From Gemmatimonadales bacterium (GTDB lineage Bacteria > Gemmatimonadota > Gemmatimonadetes > Gemmatimonadales > GWC2-71-9): a DNA stretch of 64,000 nucleotides. The position numbers and the translations under genes were made by a program. The notes under the pieces were generated by a model. It was given only the letters and a program-made list of their open reading frames with translations. It was not told where the DNA came from and did no database searches. Each line of letters opens with the position of its first letter. The stretch's first letter is position 1. Below are positions 25,618-34,119 of the stretch, piece after piece. The DNA lies in the NCBI GenBank assembly GCA_038253515.1, contig JBBSHB010000002.1, positions 824-64,823 on the forward strand. Reading direction: 5' to 3'.

Positions 25618-25910
25618 TTAAATTCCGGTGCATGGACGGTAGTGCGCCCAACCGGGCGCACCTTTTGCGCCACTGGCAGCCGCCGACCGCTGGTGGTAAG
25701 CTGCTCCACCATCATACGTTACCCTACCCCGTCGGCCATTGTAGTGCGCCGCGTCACACGCAGATTGGCAGTGAGCGCAACACTCCGGAGCCGGCAGAAG
25801 AAGTCCGGGATTCGCCATCGAGCCCCGCGAGTGCCCGGTCAGTCTCACATTGGTCCGTCGCAGCAGCCCGGTCTAGGTTATCCTGGAAAGCCTCCAGAAG
25901 GAATCATTCG

Positions 25911-25954
25911 CCCAGAACAAACTGCCGCCGGCTGAACCTTCGGCCGGCGGCAGT
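25911..25954 (-). terminator. Intrinsic terminator downstream of the PKD gene 25983-26972
   Basis: An 11-bp perfect stem (ACTGCCGCCGG/CCGGCGGCAGT) is followed on the minus strand by TTTGTTCTGGG. Confidence 0.6.
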
Positions 25955-25973
25955 CTGACGCTCTCAGGTCTGC

Positions 25974-25988
25974 TCTACTGTTCTACTG
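25974..25988. repeat. Tandem TCTACTG-T-TCTACTG spanning the stop codon of the PKD gene
   Basis: Read directly from the sequence. It shares the core TCTACTG with the tandem 9-mers at 3769-3788. Confidence 0.4.
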
Positions 25989-26972
25989 TGGTGTGGCCTT
26001 GACCGTCATGACCAGATCGTTGAAGTCGGGCTCGTTCGGGCCGACGAAGCCGTCGTCGTACTCGAGGGTCCAGCCGGCCGCGAAGCTGCCCGTGACCCGG
26101 AGCTTGGGGTTCTGCGCCCCGGCCACGCCGGTGAGTACCGCGGCGTCGAGCTGAGTACCGGCGGAATACGCCGCGCCATTGTTGAGCGGGAAGGAGCTGC
26201 CCGCGGCGGGATCGACCGGCCCGAAGCAGCCGTCGGTGAACAGCGTATCGATCGCCGGTGCGGTGATCACGAAGGTGTCGCCGTGCGCTGCGCAGCTATG
26301 GCTCTTCAGCGTCACCACGACGGTGGCCGCCTGGTCGAGCCCGAGCGTGCAGGCCATGTCGCCGCACGTGAGTGAGGCTGCCGGTGTGACCGTGATCTGC
26401 TGTGTCGCCTGGCTGGTTGCGCCATCACTGGTGACCACCAGCGTGATCGTGAACGAGGTCAACGTGGTGACGTCGTAGTGGACCGGCGGAGGATTCTGCA
26501 CGGTGCTGGTCTGGCTGCCGTCGCCGAAGTCCCAGGCCCAGGTGACCACGGTGCCCAGGTTGGTACTGGTGTTGGTGACCGTGCAATCGAGCGAGGAACA
26601 GGATGTGGTGAAGCTGGCGCTCGGCCCGCCTGGAGCCTGGGCCGTGACGGTCACCTGAGTGGTTTTGGAGTTGGTGGCCCCGCCATTGTCGGTGACCGTA
26701 AGCTGCACGTTGTAGGCGCCGGCGGCCGAGAACGTGTGGTTGGCATTCTTGGTAGTGGCGGTGTTCTGGGTCGCGTCAGCGAAGTTCCAGCTGTACGACG
26801 CAACGTTGCCGTCGGTGTCGGAGCTCTGGTCGGTAAAGGAGCACACGAGGTCGCTGCACGAGAACGTGAAGTTCGCGGTCGGCGCCGAGTTCGACGGGCT
26901 GCTCGAGTCCCCGCTACAGGCCGCGAGCAGCGCAGCCCCGAGGGCGAGGGTCAGGACAGGCGAGAAGCGCAT
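25983..26972 (-). CDS. PKD-domain lipoprotein (2 PKD domains plus a conserved C-terminal domain ending EPDFNDLV)
   Basis: The lipobox is LLAACSGDSS. PKD motifs are YSWNFADATQ..HTFSAAGAYNVQLTVTDNGGA and WAWDFGDGSQ. I prefer the start at ATG 26972. Confidence 0.8.
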   Translation of the reverse strand: MRFSPVLTLALGAALLAACSGDSSSPSNSAPTANFTFSCSDLVCSFTDQSSDTDGNVASYSWNFADATQNTATTKNANHTFSAAGAYNVQLTVTDNGGATNSKTTQVTVTAQAPGGPSASFTTSCSSLDCTVTNTSTNLGTVVTWAWDFGDGSQTSTVQNPPPVHYDVTTLTSFTITLVVTSDGATSQATQQITVTPAASLTCGDMACTLGLDQAATVVVTLKSHSCAAHGDTFVITAPAIDTLFTDGCFGPVDPAAGSSFPLNNGAAYSAGTQLDAAVLTGVAGAQNPKLRVTGSFAAGWTLEYDDGFVGPNEPDFNDLVMTVKATPQ

Positions 26973-27284
26973 AGTGTTGGTCTCATGCCCCAGGGTGAAG
27001 GTGCGTTGTAGCAAAGGGAACCAAAGGTGCCGCACGGTTCGACTGGCCGGGACAGTGCCAGACGTATGCCAGATACCGGCGTCGAGAAGGTAGACAGTGT
27101 TCGCGCGCCCAACTAGCGACTGGATGCGGAGCTACGCGCTGGGCCGTTAAAAATTGACACTGCGGCACAGACACACCAGAGTGTGGCATCCATAGCATAT
27201 TGAGGCAGCACCAGCCGTTTCAAGCCGCCGAATGCTGGGGTCCATCCGGAAGGGTCGAGCCCTAAGGTTCGCCTGCCCGGACAC

Positions 27285-27321
27285 GCCAAGCCCCCCGGCG
27301 GCATGCCGCCGGGGGCTTGGC
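27285..27321 (-). terminator. GC-rich hairpin downstream of the PKD gene 27353-28384
   Basis: GCCAAGCCCCCCGGCGGC-AT-GCCGCCGGGGGCTTGGC forms a stem of about 16 bp with one bulge. There is no clear U tract on the minus strand, but TTCATTCTCGTT follows on the plus strand. Confidence 0.5.
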
Positions 27322-27352
27322 TTCATTCTCGTTCGGGTGCCTAGCCTGGCGC

Positions 27353-28384
27353 CTACGGTACCACCTCCCCGTGGACTGCGAGCACGATATCATTGAAATC
27401 GGGCTCCCCCGGTGCGGTCGGATTCCCGCCATCATCGATACTGATAGTCCAGTCGGGAAAGGCGCCCTCGAGCTTGATCTGGGGCGGCACTGTGGGCGGA
27501 TCGGTTGGATCTCTGACGCCCTGGGTGAATTGCGCTTGAATCTGGGTGCCCGCATCAAACGACTTGTCAGCATTGGGGCCGTCGAGTATTACCGGAGAAA
27601 TCGCATCGAAGCACCCGTTCGTGAAGACCGTCTGCTGGATCGGTGAGGTGATGGCGAACCGGTTTCCTGCGAACTGGCAGTCCCGGCTGACCAGGCTGAC
27701 CGTCAGAATGGCCTTCTGGGTGACGTCCAGGGTGCAATCCGCCAATACGCCCCCGCTGTCGCACTGCAGAGCCGCCGCTGGAGTGACGGTGATGGTCTGA
27801 CTCTTGGTGTTCGTCGCGCTCTGCGGATCGGTGACCGTCAGCGTCACGGTGAAGTCGGTGACGGCGGTGACGGTGTAGGTGTGCGTCGGATTCTGGACGG
27901 TGGACGTGTTGCTGGACCCGGAAGCCGGCTCGCCGAAGTCCCACGCGTAGGTGAGGGTGCCGTCCGCCGGTGTGCTCGTGCCGGTGAACGAGCAATCGGC
28001 CGCGTTGCAGGTAACCGTGAAGCCCGCCGTTGGACCCGCCGGGGACACCGTTACCAGACTGTCTGCCGCTGTGCTCGCCGCACCGTTGGCGTCGGTGACC
28101 TTGAGCGTCACGTGGAAACTGCCCGCAGCAGCGTAGGTGTGGCTCGGACTCTGGGCGGTGGACGTGTCGTTGGTCCCGGAGCTCGGCTCGCCGAAGTTCC
28201 ATTGATAGGTGAGGGCATCGCCGTCGGCGTCGCTGCTGGCGTCGGTGAAGGTACAGGCCAGGTCGGTACAGCTTGGTGTGAACGCGGCGATCGGAGCCGT
28301 GTTGGATGGCCCGTTGCTGCCGCCGCAGGCCGCGCCCGCCGCAGCCACGCCCACGAGCAGAGCGTACAGATGGAGAGGTCGCAT
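27353..28384 (-). CDS. PKD-domain lipoprotein, tandem paralog of 25983-26972
   Basis: The lipobox is AAGAACGGSNG. PKD motifs are YQWNFGEPSS..HTYAAAGSFHVTLKVTDANGA and YAWDFGEPAS. The C-terminus reads GEPDFNDIVLAVHG. Confidence 0.8.
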   Translation of the reverse strand: MRPLHLYALLVGVAAAGAACGGSNGPSNTAPIAAFTPSCTDLACTFTDASSDADGDALTYQWNFGEPSSGTNDTSTAQSPSHTYAAAGSFHVTLKVTDANGAASTAADSLVTVSPAGPTAGFTVTCNAADCSFTGTSTPADGTLTYAWDFGEPASGSSNTSTVQNPTHTYTVTAVTDFTVTLTVTDPQSATNTKSQTITVTPAAALQCDSGGVLADCTLDVTQKAILTVSLVSRDCQFAGNRFAITSPIQQTVFTNGCFDAISPVILDGPNADKSFDAGTQIQAQFTQGVRDPTDPPTVPPQIKLEGAFPDWTISIDDGGNPTAPGEPDFNDIVLAVHGEVVP

Positions 28385-28636
28385 AGGTGTTGGTTCCAAG
28401 CCCCAGTTGAGTAGTGTGGTGCGATGAGCGCGAGTGCCTCATTTGGGTACGGCTGCGGGCGGGCCTGAGGTAGCGGCCATGGTGCCAAGCCCAAAACCCG
28501 TGCCCAGGAAGATAGGTGCATGAGTCCGACGACGGTGTGAGCCTCCGCACAGGTGGCGCGCGCTTCCCGGTTCCTTCCATCGATCACCATAACCTGGATA
28601 TCGCCTACCCTGAAAGCCATCTCTGGCTCACCGCCA

Positions 28637-28660
28637 CCGCAGCCGCCTCCGCAGCCGCCT
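28637..28660. repeat. Tandem 12-mer CCGCAGCCGCCT x2 just upstream of a TTGACT hexamer before prs
   Basis: Read directly from the sequence. Confidence 0.5.
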
Positions 28661-28708
28661 CCGGTTGACTCACGCCGGGCACCCTAACTACTTTCCCGGG
28701 CTGTAATT

Positions 28709-29662
28709 ATGACGGACCTCTCGCTGTCACGCAGCCAGATGCTGCTCCTGAGCGGGTCGGCCAACCGAGCCCTCGCCGAAGAGGTGGCCGCCCACTTGGG
28801 GCAGCCTCTCTGCCAGGTCACGCTCCGCCGCTTCGCCGACGGCGAGCTGTTCGTCAAGATCGACGAGAACGTGCGCGGGCGGGACGTCTACATCGTGCAG
28901 CCCACCAACCCGCCGGCCGAGAACATGATCGAGCTCCTGCTCCTCATGGACGCGGCCAAGCGGGCCAGCGCGGCGCGGGTGACGGCGGTGATCCCCTACT
29001 TCGGATACGCGCGCCAGGACCGCAAGGACCAGCCCCGGGTCGCGATCAGCGCCAAGCTGATGGCCAACATGGTCTCGATGGCGGGCGCCGACCGGGTGCT
29101 GGCGATCGACTTCCACCAGCACCAGTTGCAGGGGTTCTTCGACCTGCCGGTCGATCACCTATACGCCGCCCCGGTGTTCGTGAGTCACTACCGGCAGAAG
29201 CAGCTCTACGATCCCGTGGTGGTGGCGCCCGACGTCGGCTCGGCCAAGATGGCGCGGGGCTTCGCCAAGCGGCTGAACGCCTCGCTCGCCATCATCGACA
29301 AGCGCCGTCCCTCAGCCAACGTGGCCGAGGTGCTCAACGTCGTCGGTGAGGTGGGCGACCGCGACTGCCTCATCCCGGACGACATGATCGACACCGCCGG
29401 GACCATGGCTGAAGCAGTGACCGCGCTCAAGCGGCTGGGCGCGCGGGACATCTACTGCTGCGCCACTCACGCGCTGCTCTCCGGCCCGGCGGTCGATCGG
29501 CTGATGGCGTCGCCGGTCACGGAGGTCACGGTCACCAACACGATCGGGATCCCGCCCGAGCGGCGCTTCGACCGGCTCAAGGTTCTTTCGATCGCGGGCC
29601 TGCTGGCCAAGGCGATCGGCTACACCCACAGCGACCAATCGGTGAGCTCGCTGTTCGATTGA
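28709..29662 (+). CDS. prs: Ribose-phosphate pyrophosphokinase
   Basis: Motifs DFHQHQLQGFFDLPVDHL, VVVAPDVGSAKMAR and LIPDDMIDTAGT are present. Confidence 0.95.
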   Translation: MTDLSLSRSQMLLLSGSANRALAEEVAAHLGQPLCQVTLRRFADGELFVKIDENVRGRDVYIVQPTNPPAENMIELLLLMDAAKRASAARVTAVIPYFGYARQDRKDQPRVAISAKLMANMVSMAGADRVLAIDFHQHQLQGFFDLPVDHLYAAPVFVSHYRQKQLYDPVVVAPDVGSAKMARGFAKRLNASLAIIDKRRPSANVAEVLNVVGEVGDRDCLIPDDMIDTAGTMAEAVTALKRLGARDIYCCATHALLSGPAVDRLMASPVTEVTVTNTIGIPPERRFDRLKVLSIAGLLAKAIGYTHSDQSVSSLFD

Positions 29663-29701
29663 TGCGCCCGCCGGGCGCCACTCCACGCGAAGGATCGGAT
29701 C

Positions 29702-30367
29702 ATGGCACAACAGGCGAATCTCCAGGTGGCGACCCGCTCCACCACCGGCAAGGGTGCGGCCCGCTCTCTCCGGCGCGAAGGCAAGGTGCCCGGGGTCATC
29801 TACGGCCACGGACGGGCGGCGGAGGCGGTGACGGTCGAAACGGCGGCGCTGACCAAGATGCTGGTCGGCATCAGCGCGGGCACCACCATCGTGGACGTGG
29901 CCATCGACGGGCGGCCCCCCGTGAAGGCGCTCATCCGCGAGATCCAGCGGGACGCGCTCCGCCCGGCGGAGATCCTCCACCTCGACCTCTACGAGGTCCG
30001 GGCCGACGAGCAGATCACCCTGGCCGTGCCGGTACATCTGGTGGGCATTCCCGATGGCGTGCGTAACTTCGGCGGGGTGCTCGACCATTCCCTCCGCGAG
30101 CTGGAGATCGAGGTGCTCCCCTCGGACATCCCGGAGCACGTCGAGCTGGACGTGACGGCGCTGGCCATCGGCCACTCCCTCTTCGTGCGGGACCTCAAGA
30201 TCGAGAAGGCCCGGATCCTCAACGATCCCGATACACCAGTGTGCACCGTGGTGGCCCCGCGGACCGAGGAGGCGCCGGCCGTGGTGGAGGAAGTCGTGTC
30301 CACCGAGCCCGAGCTCATCCGCAAGCCCAAGGCTGAGGCCGAGGGCGAGACCGAAGAGAAAGCCTGA
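29702..30367 (+). CDS. rplY: 50S ribosomal protein L25 / general stress protein Ctc
   Basis: The N-terminus reads TRSTTGKGAARSLRREGKVPGVIYGHG, and the C-terminal tail is acidic. Confidence 0.9.
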   Translation: MAQQANLQVATRSTTGKGAARSLRREGKVPGVIYGHGRAAEAVTVETAALTKMLVGISAGTTIVDVAIDGRPPVKALIREIQRDALRPAEILHLDLYEVRADEQITLAVPVHLVGIPDGVRNFGGVLDHSLRELEIEVLPSDIPEHVELDVTALAIGHSLFVRDLKIEKARILNDPDTPVCTVVAPRTEEAPAVVEEVVSTEPELIRKPKAEAEGETEEKA

Positions 30368-30382
30368 GCCCTGCACGCCATC

Positions 30383-30937
30383 GTGGGGCTGGGCAACCCC
30401 GGCCCGGAGTACGACGAAACCCGGCACAACGCCGGGTTTCTACTGGCCGACCACCTGGTCGGGCGCTGGCGGATCGGGCCGTTCCGCCGCGGTGACCGGG
30501 CGCGGGACGCGCGGGGCACCTGGGATGGTCGTCCGGTGTCCGTCCTCAAGCCGCAGACCTACATGAATCGGAGCGGGGCGGCCCTCGCGTCGTTCCGGGC
30601 GCTCCCCGAGTTCGATCCCAGCCGGGACCTGCTGGTCCTGGTGGATGACGTGGCGCTTCCGCTCGGCCGCTTCCGTCTTCGCGGCGCCGGGTCCGCCGGC
30701 GGACACAACGGGCTCAAGAGCGTCGAGGGTGTGCTCCAGCGACAGGACTACGCTCGGCTGCGGATCGGGGTCGGACCGCCGCCGCCGGGGTTGGAGGATC
30801 TCGCCGAGTTCGTGCTCGCCCCCTTCGCCGAGGCGGAGCGGCGCGAGCTCGCGGCCCTGCTGGACCCCATGGCCGAGGCGGTCGAGTGCTGGCTGCGGGA
30901 GGGAATCGAGCGCGCGATGAGCCGCTTCAACCACTGA
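30383..30937 (+). CDS. pth: Peptidyl-tRNA hydrolase (true start probably a few codons upstream)
   Basis: The motif GLGNPGPEYDETRHNAGF is present. The conserved residues HAIV of the first beta-strand are encoded upstream of GTG 30383, in frame with rplY. Confidence 0.9.
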   Translation: MGLGNPGPEYDETRHNAGFLLADHLVGRWRIGPFRRGDRARDARGTWDGRPVSVLKPQTYMNRSGAALASFRALPEFDPSRDLLVLVDDVALPLGRFRLRGAGSAGGHNGLKSVEGVLQRQDYARLRIGVGPPPPGLEDLAEFVLAPFAEAERRELAALLDPMAEAVECWLREGIERAMSRFNH

Positions 30938-30952
30938 GCCACCGGTCACGTC

Positions 30953-32050
30953 ATGCTTCGCCTTGGAATCGTCGGTCTGCCGAACGTCGGGAAATCCACC
31001 CTCTTCAACGCGCTGACCTCGGCCAAAGCCCTGGTGGCGAACTATCCATTCGCCACCATCGAGCCGAATACAGGTATCGTGCAGGTTCCCGACCCGCGGC
31101 TGGACCAGCTCGCCCGGATCGTGAACCCGGAGCGAACCGTTCCGGCCGTGGTGGAGTTCGTGGACATCGCCGGCCTGGTCAAGGGCGCCAGTGAAGGGGA
31201 AGGACTGGGAAACCAGTTCCTGGCCAACATCCGGGAGGTGGACGCGGTGGTGCACGTCGTCCGCTGCTTCGAGGACGACGACGTCCAGCACGTGCTGGGC
31301 TCGGTCGACCCGGTTCGGGATCGCGAGATCGTGAACATCGAGCTCGGGCTCGCCGACCTCGCCGGCGTGGAGAAACGGCTCGACAAGACCACTCGCGCGG
31401 CCCGCTCGGCCGATCCGCAGGCCAAGCTGGAGCTGCGGGTGCTGGAAGCCGTCCGGGACGCGCTCGCCGCCGGGCGGCCGGCCCGCGACGTGGTGCCCAG
31501 CGAGGAGGAGGCGCCCGCCTACCGCTCCTTCAACCTGCTCACGGCCAAGCCGGTCCTCTACGCCGCCAACGTGGCGGAGGACGAGATCGCCGCAGGAAAC
31601 CGCTTCGTCACGGCACTCCAGGCCGCGCTCGAGCGCGACCGGGAGACCGCCGAGATCGTGACCTTCTCCGCCAAGGTGGAGGCCGAGCTGGCCGAGCTCG
31701 CGCCGGAGGACCGGGACGAGTTCCTCCAGTCGCTCGGGCTGACCGAGTCGGGCCTCGACCGCCTGGCGCACGCGGCGTATCACCTGCTCGGCCTGCAGAG
31801 CTACTTCACCGCGGGCGAGAAGGAAGTGCGCGCCTGGACCATCCACCGCGGCGACAAGGCACCTGCCGCGGCCGGGGTGATCCACTCCGACTTCGAGAAG
31901 GGCTTCATCCGGGGCGAGACCGTGGCGTTCGAGGACTTCGTGCGGCTCGGCGGCTGGAAGCCCGCGCGCGAGCAGGGGCTGGCTCGAGCCGAGGGCAAGG
32001 AATACGTCGTGCAGGACGGGGACGTCATGCTGTTTCGGTTCACCAGCTGA
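30953..32050 (+). CDS. ychF: Redox-regulated ribosome-binding ATPase YchF
   Basis: The N-terminus reads MLRLGIVGLPNVGKSTLFNALT, and the C-terminus has a TGS-like end. Confidence 0.95.
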   Translation: MLRLGIVGLPNVGKSTLFNALTSAKALVANYPFATIEPNTGIVQVPDPRLDQLARIVNPERTVPAVVEFVDIAGLVKGASEGEGLGNQFLANIREVDAVVHVVRCFEDDDVQHVLGSVDPVRDREIVNIELGLADLAGVEKRLDKTTRAARSADPQAKLELRVLEAVRDALAAGRPARDVVPSEEEAPAYRSFNLLTAKPVLYAANVAEDEIAAGNRFVTALQAALERDRETAEIVTFSAKVEAELAELAPEDRDEFLQSLGLTESGLDRLAHAAYHLLGLQSYFTAGEKEVRAWTIHRGDKAPAAAGVIHSDFEKGFIRGETVAFEDFVRLGGWKPAREQGLARAEGKEYVVQDGDVMLFRFTS

Positions 32051-32150
32051 CCCTACCGGCCGTACCGCCAGCCGTCTATGTTACGCCGTCCACCAATCTC
32101 CTCCTCGGCGCCCACACCAGGCCCGAGGCATCAGACCGAAGGAAGGTGTC

Positions 32151-32492
32151 ATGACCCGTCAGTACGAAGTGGTCTATATCTTCGACAGTGCGCTCGAAGA
32201 GAGCGCCCTCAACGAACGCCTCGCGCGGTTCCACGCTTTCATCCAACAGCCGGGCGGCGAGCCACCCCAGGTGAATCACTGGGGAAAGCGCACGCTGGCG
32301 TATCCCATCAAGAAGCACGAGACCGGCTACTACGTCGTCGCCAAGTTCGACGCTGAGGCGACGGCGCTCCCCGAGTTCGAGCGAGCCATCAAGCTGGATG
32401 ACGGAGTGCTCCGCTTTCTGGTGGTGGTGAACGAGGGTGCTCAGCCGGTTCCGGTGACGGCCGGCAAGAGCGACGAGGAGGATGACGAATGA
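32151..32492 (+). CDS. rpsF: 30S ribosomal protein S6
   Basis: The protein reads [23 protein letters not shown] and has an acidic tail. Confidence 0.95.
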   Translation: MTRQYEVVYIFDSALEESALNERLARFHAFIQQPGGEPPQVNHWGKRTLAYPIKKHETGYYVVAKFDAEATALPEFERAIKLDDGVLRFLVVVNEGAQPVPVTAGKSDEEDDE

Positions 32493-32710
32493 GGCGGCCG
32501 CAAAAGACCTGCGCCATCTGCGAGTCCGGCGTCCGGGTCGTCGATTTCAAGGACGAACGCACCTTGTCCCGATTCCTGACCGAGCGGGGGAAGATCCTGC
32601 CCAGCCGGCTCTCCGGCACCTGTGCGCGGCATCAGCGGCAGCTCAGCACCGCCATCAAGCGGGCCCGCCAGCTCGCCCTCCTGCCCTACATCAAAGGTTT
32701 CGGCGGCTGA
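32489..32710 (+). CDS. rpsR: 30S ribosomal protein S18
   Basis: Motifs [26 protein letters not shown] and [19 protein letters not shown] are present. Confidence 0.95.
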   Translation: MRRPQKTCAICESGVRVVDFKDERTLSRFLTERGKILPSRLSGTCARHQRQLSTAIKRARQLALLPYIKGFGG

Positions 32711-32790
32711 TCGCGGCCGGAGCCGGACGGCCGTGGGGCGGCTCAGGCCCCCCGGGCCGATCGCCGGGATGGGGCCCGGTCGTCCTGGCG

Positions 32791-33666
32791 GTGGGCTACC
32801 TGCTCTTCGCCCCACCGGTCTTCGCCCTGTGTCCCCTCGCGGGGCTGCTGCTCCTCTCCCGGCCCAGGACGGTCCGGGAGTGGGGCTGGCTGCTCGGAAC
32901 CGCGGCGTGGTCGGCCCTCTGGCTGCAGCAGGTCGGGGGGCTCGGCGCCCAGGTCGTTCGGGCGGGGGCGGTCTTTTTGTGCGGCAGCTTTCTCGCGCTC
33001 ACCCTCTGGCGCCCGTCGGCCGGCTTCTCCCGGGCGCTTCTGGCCACGGCCGGCGCCGGCCTTACCCTGGTGGCGTGGATGGCATGGCTGGGAATCCGGT
33101 GGGTCGCGGTGCAGCAGGCCATCGAGCACGACCTCTCCACGTATCAGGCGATGGCACGGACGCAATGGACCGCGGCCGGCGCGCCCAAGGAGCTGTTGAG
33201 TGAGTTGGCCGCGATGCCCCACACCATCGCGCAGCTCACGCCCGGCCTCCTCGCCATCGCGGGCATCGCCGGCCTCAGGCTCGCATGGACCTGGTACCAT
33301 CGGCTGGCCAGCCGACCGTGGGGAGCGGCCAGCCCCCCATTCCCCGCGTTCCGATTCAGCGATCAGCTGGTGTGGGGGTGGGTCGTCGCGGCGGCACTCT
33401 GTCTGTTGCCGGTCGCCGCGCCCTGGCCCCTGGTCGGTGCCAACCTGCTGCTGGTCTGGTCCGCGCTCTACGCCACCCGGGGCCTCGCCGTCCTTCTGGG
33501 GCTCGCCGGCCGGATTCCGCGGGCGGTCGCCGGCATGCTGATGCTGATCGCGATGTTCCTGTTGCCGTTCGTGCTGGGCGGGCTCACGCTGCTCGGGCTC
33601 GCCGACACCTGGCTAGATTTCAGGCGTCGATTCTCGACGCCGACCACCGGAGGGCTCGACCGATGA
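32791..33666 (+). CDS. Multi-pass membrane protein (possibly DUF2232/YybS-like, given its position before rplI)
   Basis: The frame is hydrophobic throughout. There is no ATG after the rpsR stop, and GTG 32791 is the first candidate. Its stop overlaps the rplI start. Confidence 0.55.
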   Translation: MGYLLFAPPVFALCPLAGLLLLSRPRTVREWGWLLGTAAWSALWLQQVGGLGAQVVRAGAVFLCGSFLALTLWRPSAGFSRALLATAGAGLTLVAWMAWLGIRWVAVQQAIEHDLSTYQAMARTQWTAAGAPKELLSELAAMPHTIAQLTPGLLAIAGIAGLRLAWTWYHRLASRPWGAASPPFPAFRFSDQLVWGWVVAAALCLLPVAAPWPLVGANLLLVWSALYATRGLAVLLGLAGRIPRAVAGMLMLIAMFLLPFVLGGLTLLGLADTWLDFRRRFSTPTTGGLDR

Positions 33667-34109
33667 TGGAAGTGATTCTGCGCGAGGACGTAAAGTCGCT
33701 CGGCAAGGCCGGCGAGATGGTGCGGGTGAAGCCCGGGTACGCCCGCAACTACCTGCTCCCCCAAGGACTGGCGTACGAAGCCACCGAGGGGAACAAGAAG
33801 CGGATCGCGGCGGAGACCAAGGCCCGCACCTCCCGGCAGGACTCCGAGCGGGCCGAGGCCCAGCGCGCGGCGGCGACGCTCGACCAGGTCGCCCTCACGC
33901 TGACCGGCAAGGCGGGGGAGGAGGGCAAGCTGTTCGGCTCGATCACGACGCAGGACCTGGCCGACGCCCTGGCCCGGCAAGGGCACCAGATCGACAAGCG
34001 CCGCATCGAGCTCGATCATCCGATCAAGACGCTGGGGCATCACACCGTCGCGGTACGGCTGCATCCCGAGGTCCACGCCGAGGTGCACGTGTCGGTCGTC
34101 GCGGAGTGA
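33663..34109 (+). CDS. rplI: 50S ribosomal protein L9
   Basis: The N-terminus reads MMEVILREDVKSLGKAGEMVRVKPGYARNYLLPQGLA. Confidence 0.95.
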   Translation: MMEVILREDVKSLGKAGEMVRVKPGYARNYLLPQGLAYEATEGNKKRIAAETKARTSRQDSERAEAQRAAATLDQVALTLTGKAGEEGKLFGSITTQDLADALARQGHQIDKRRIELDHPIKTLGHHTVAVRLHPEVHAEVHVSVVAE

Positions 34110-34119
34110 CCCACCTTCG

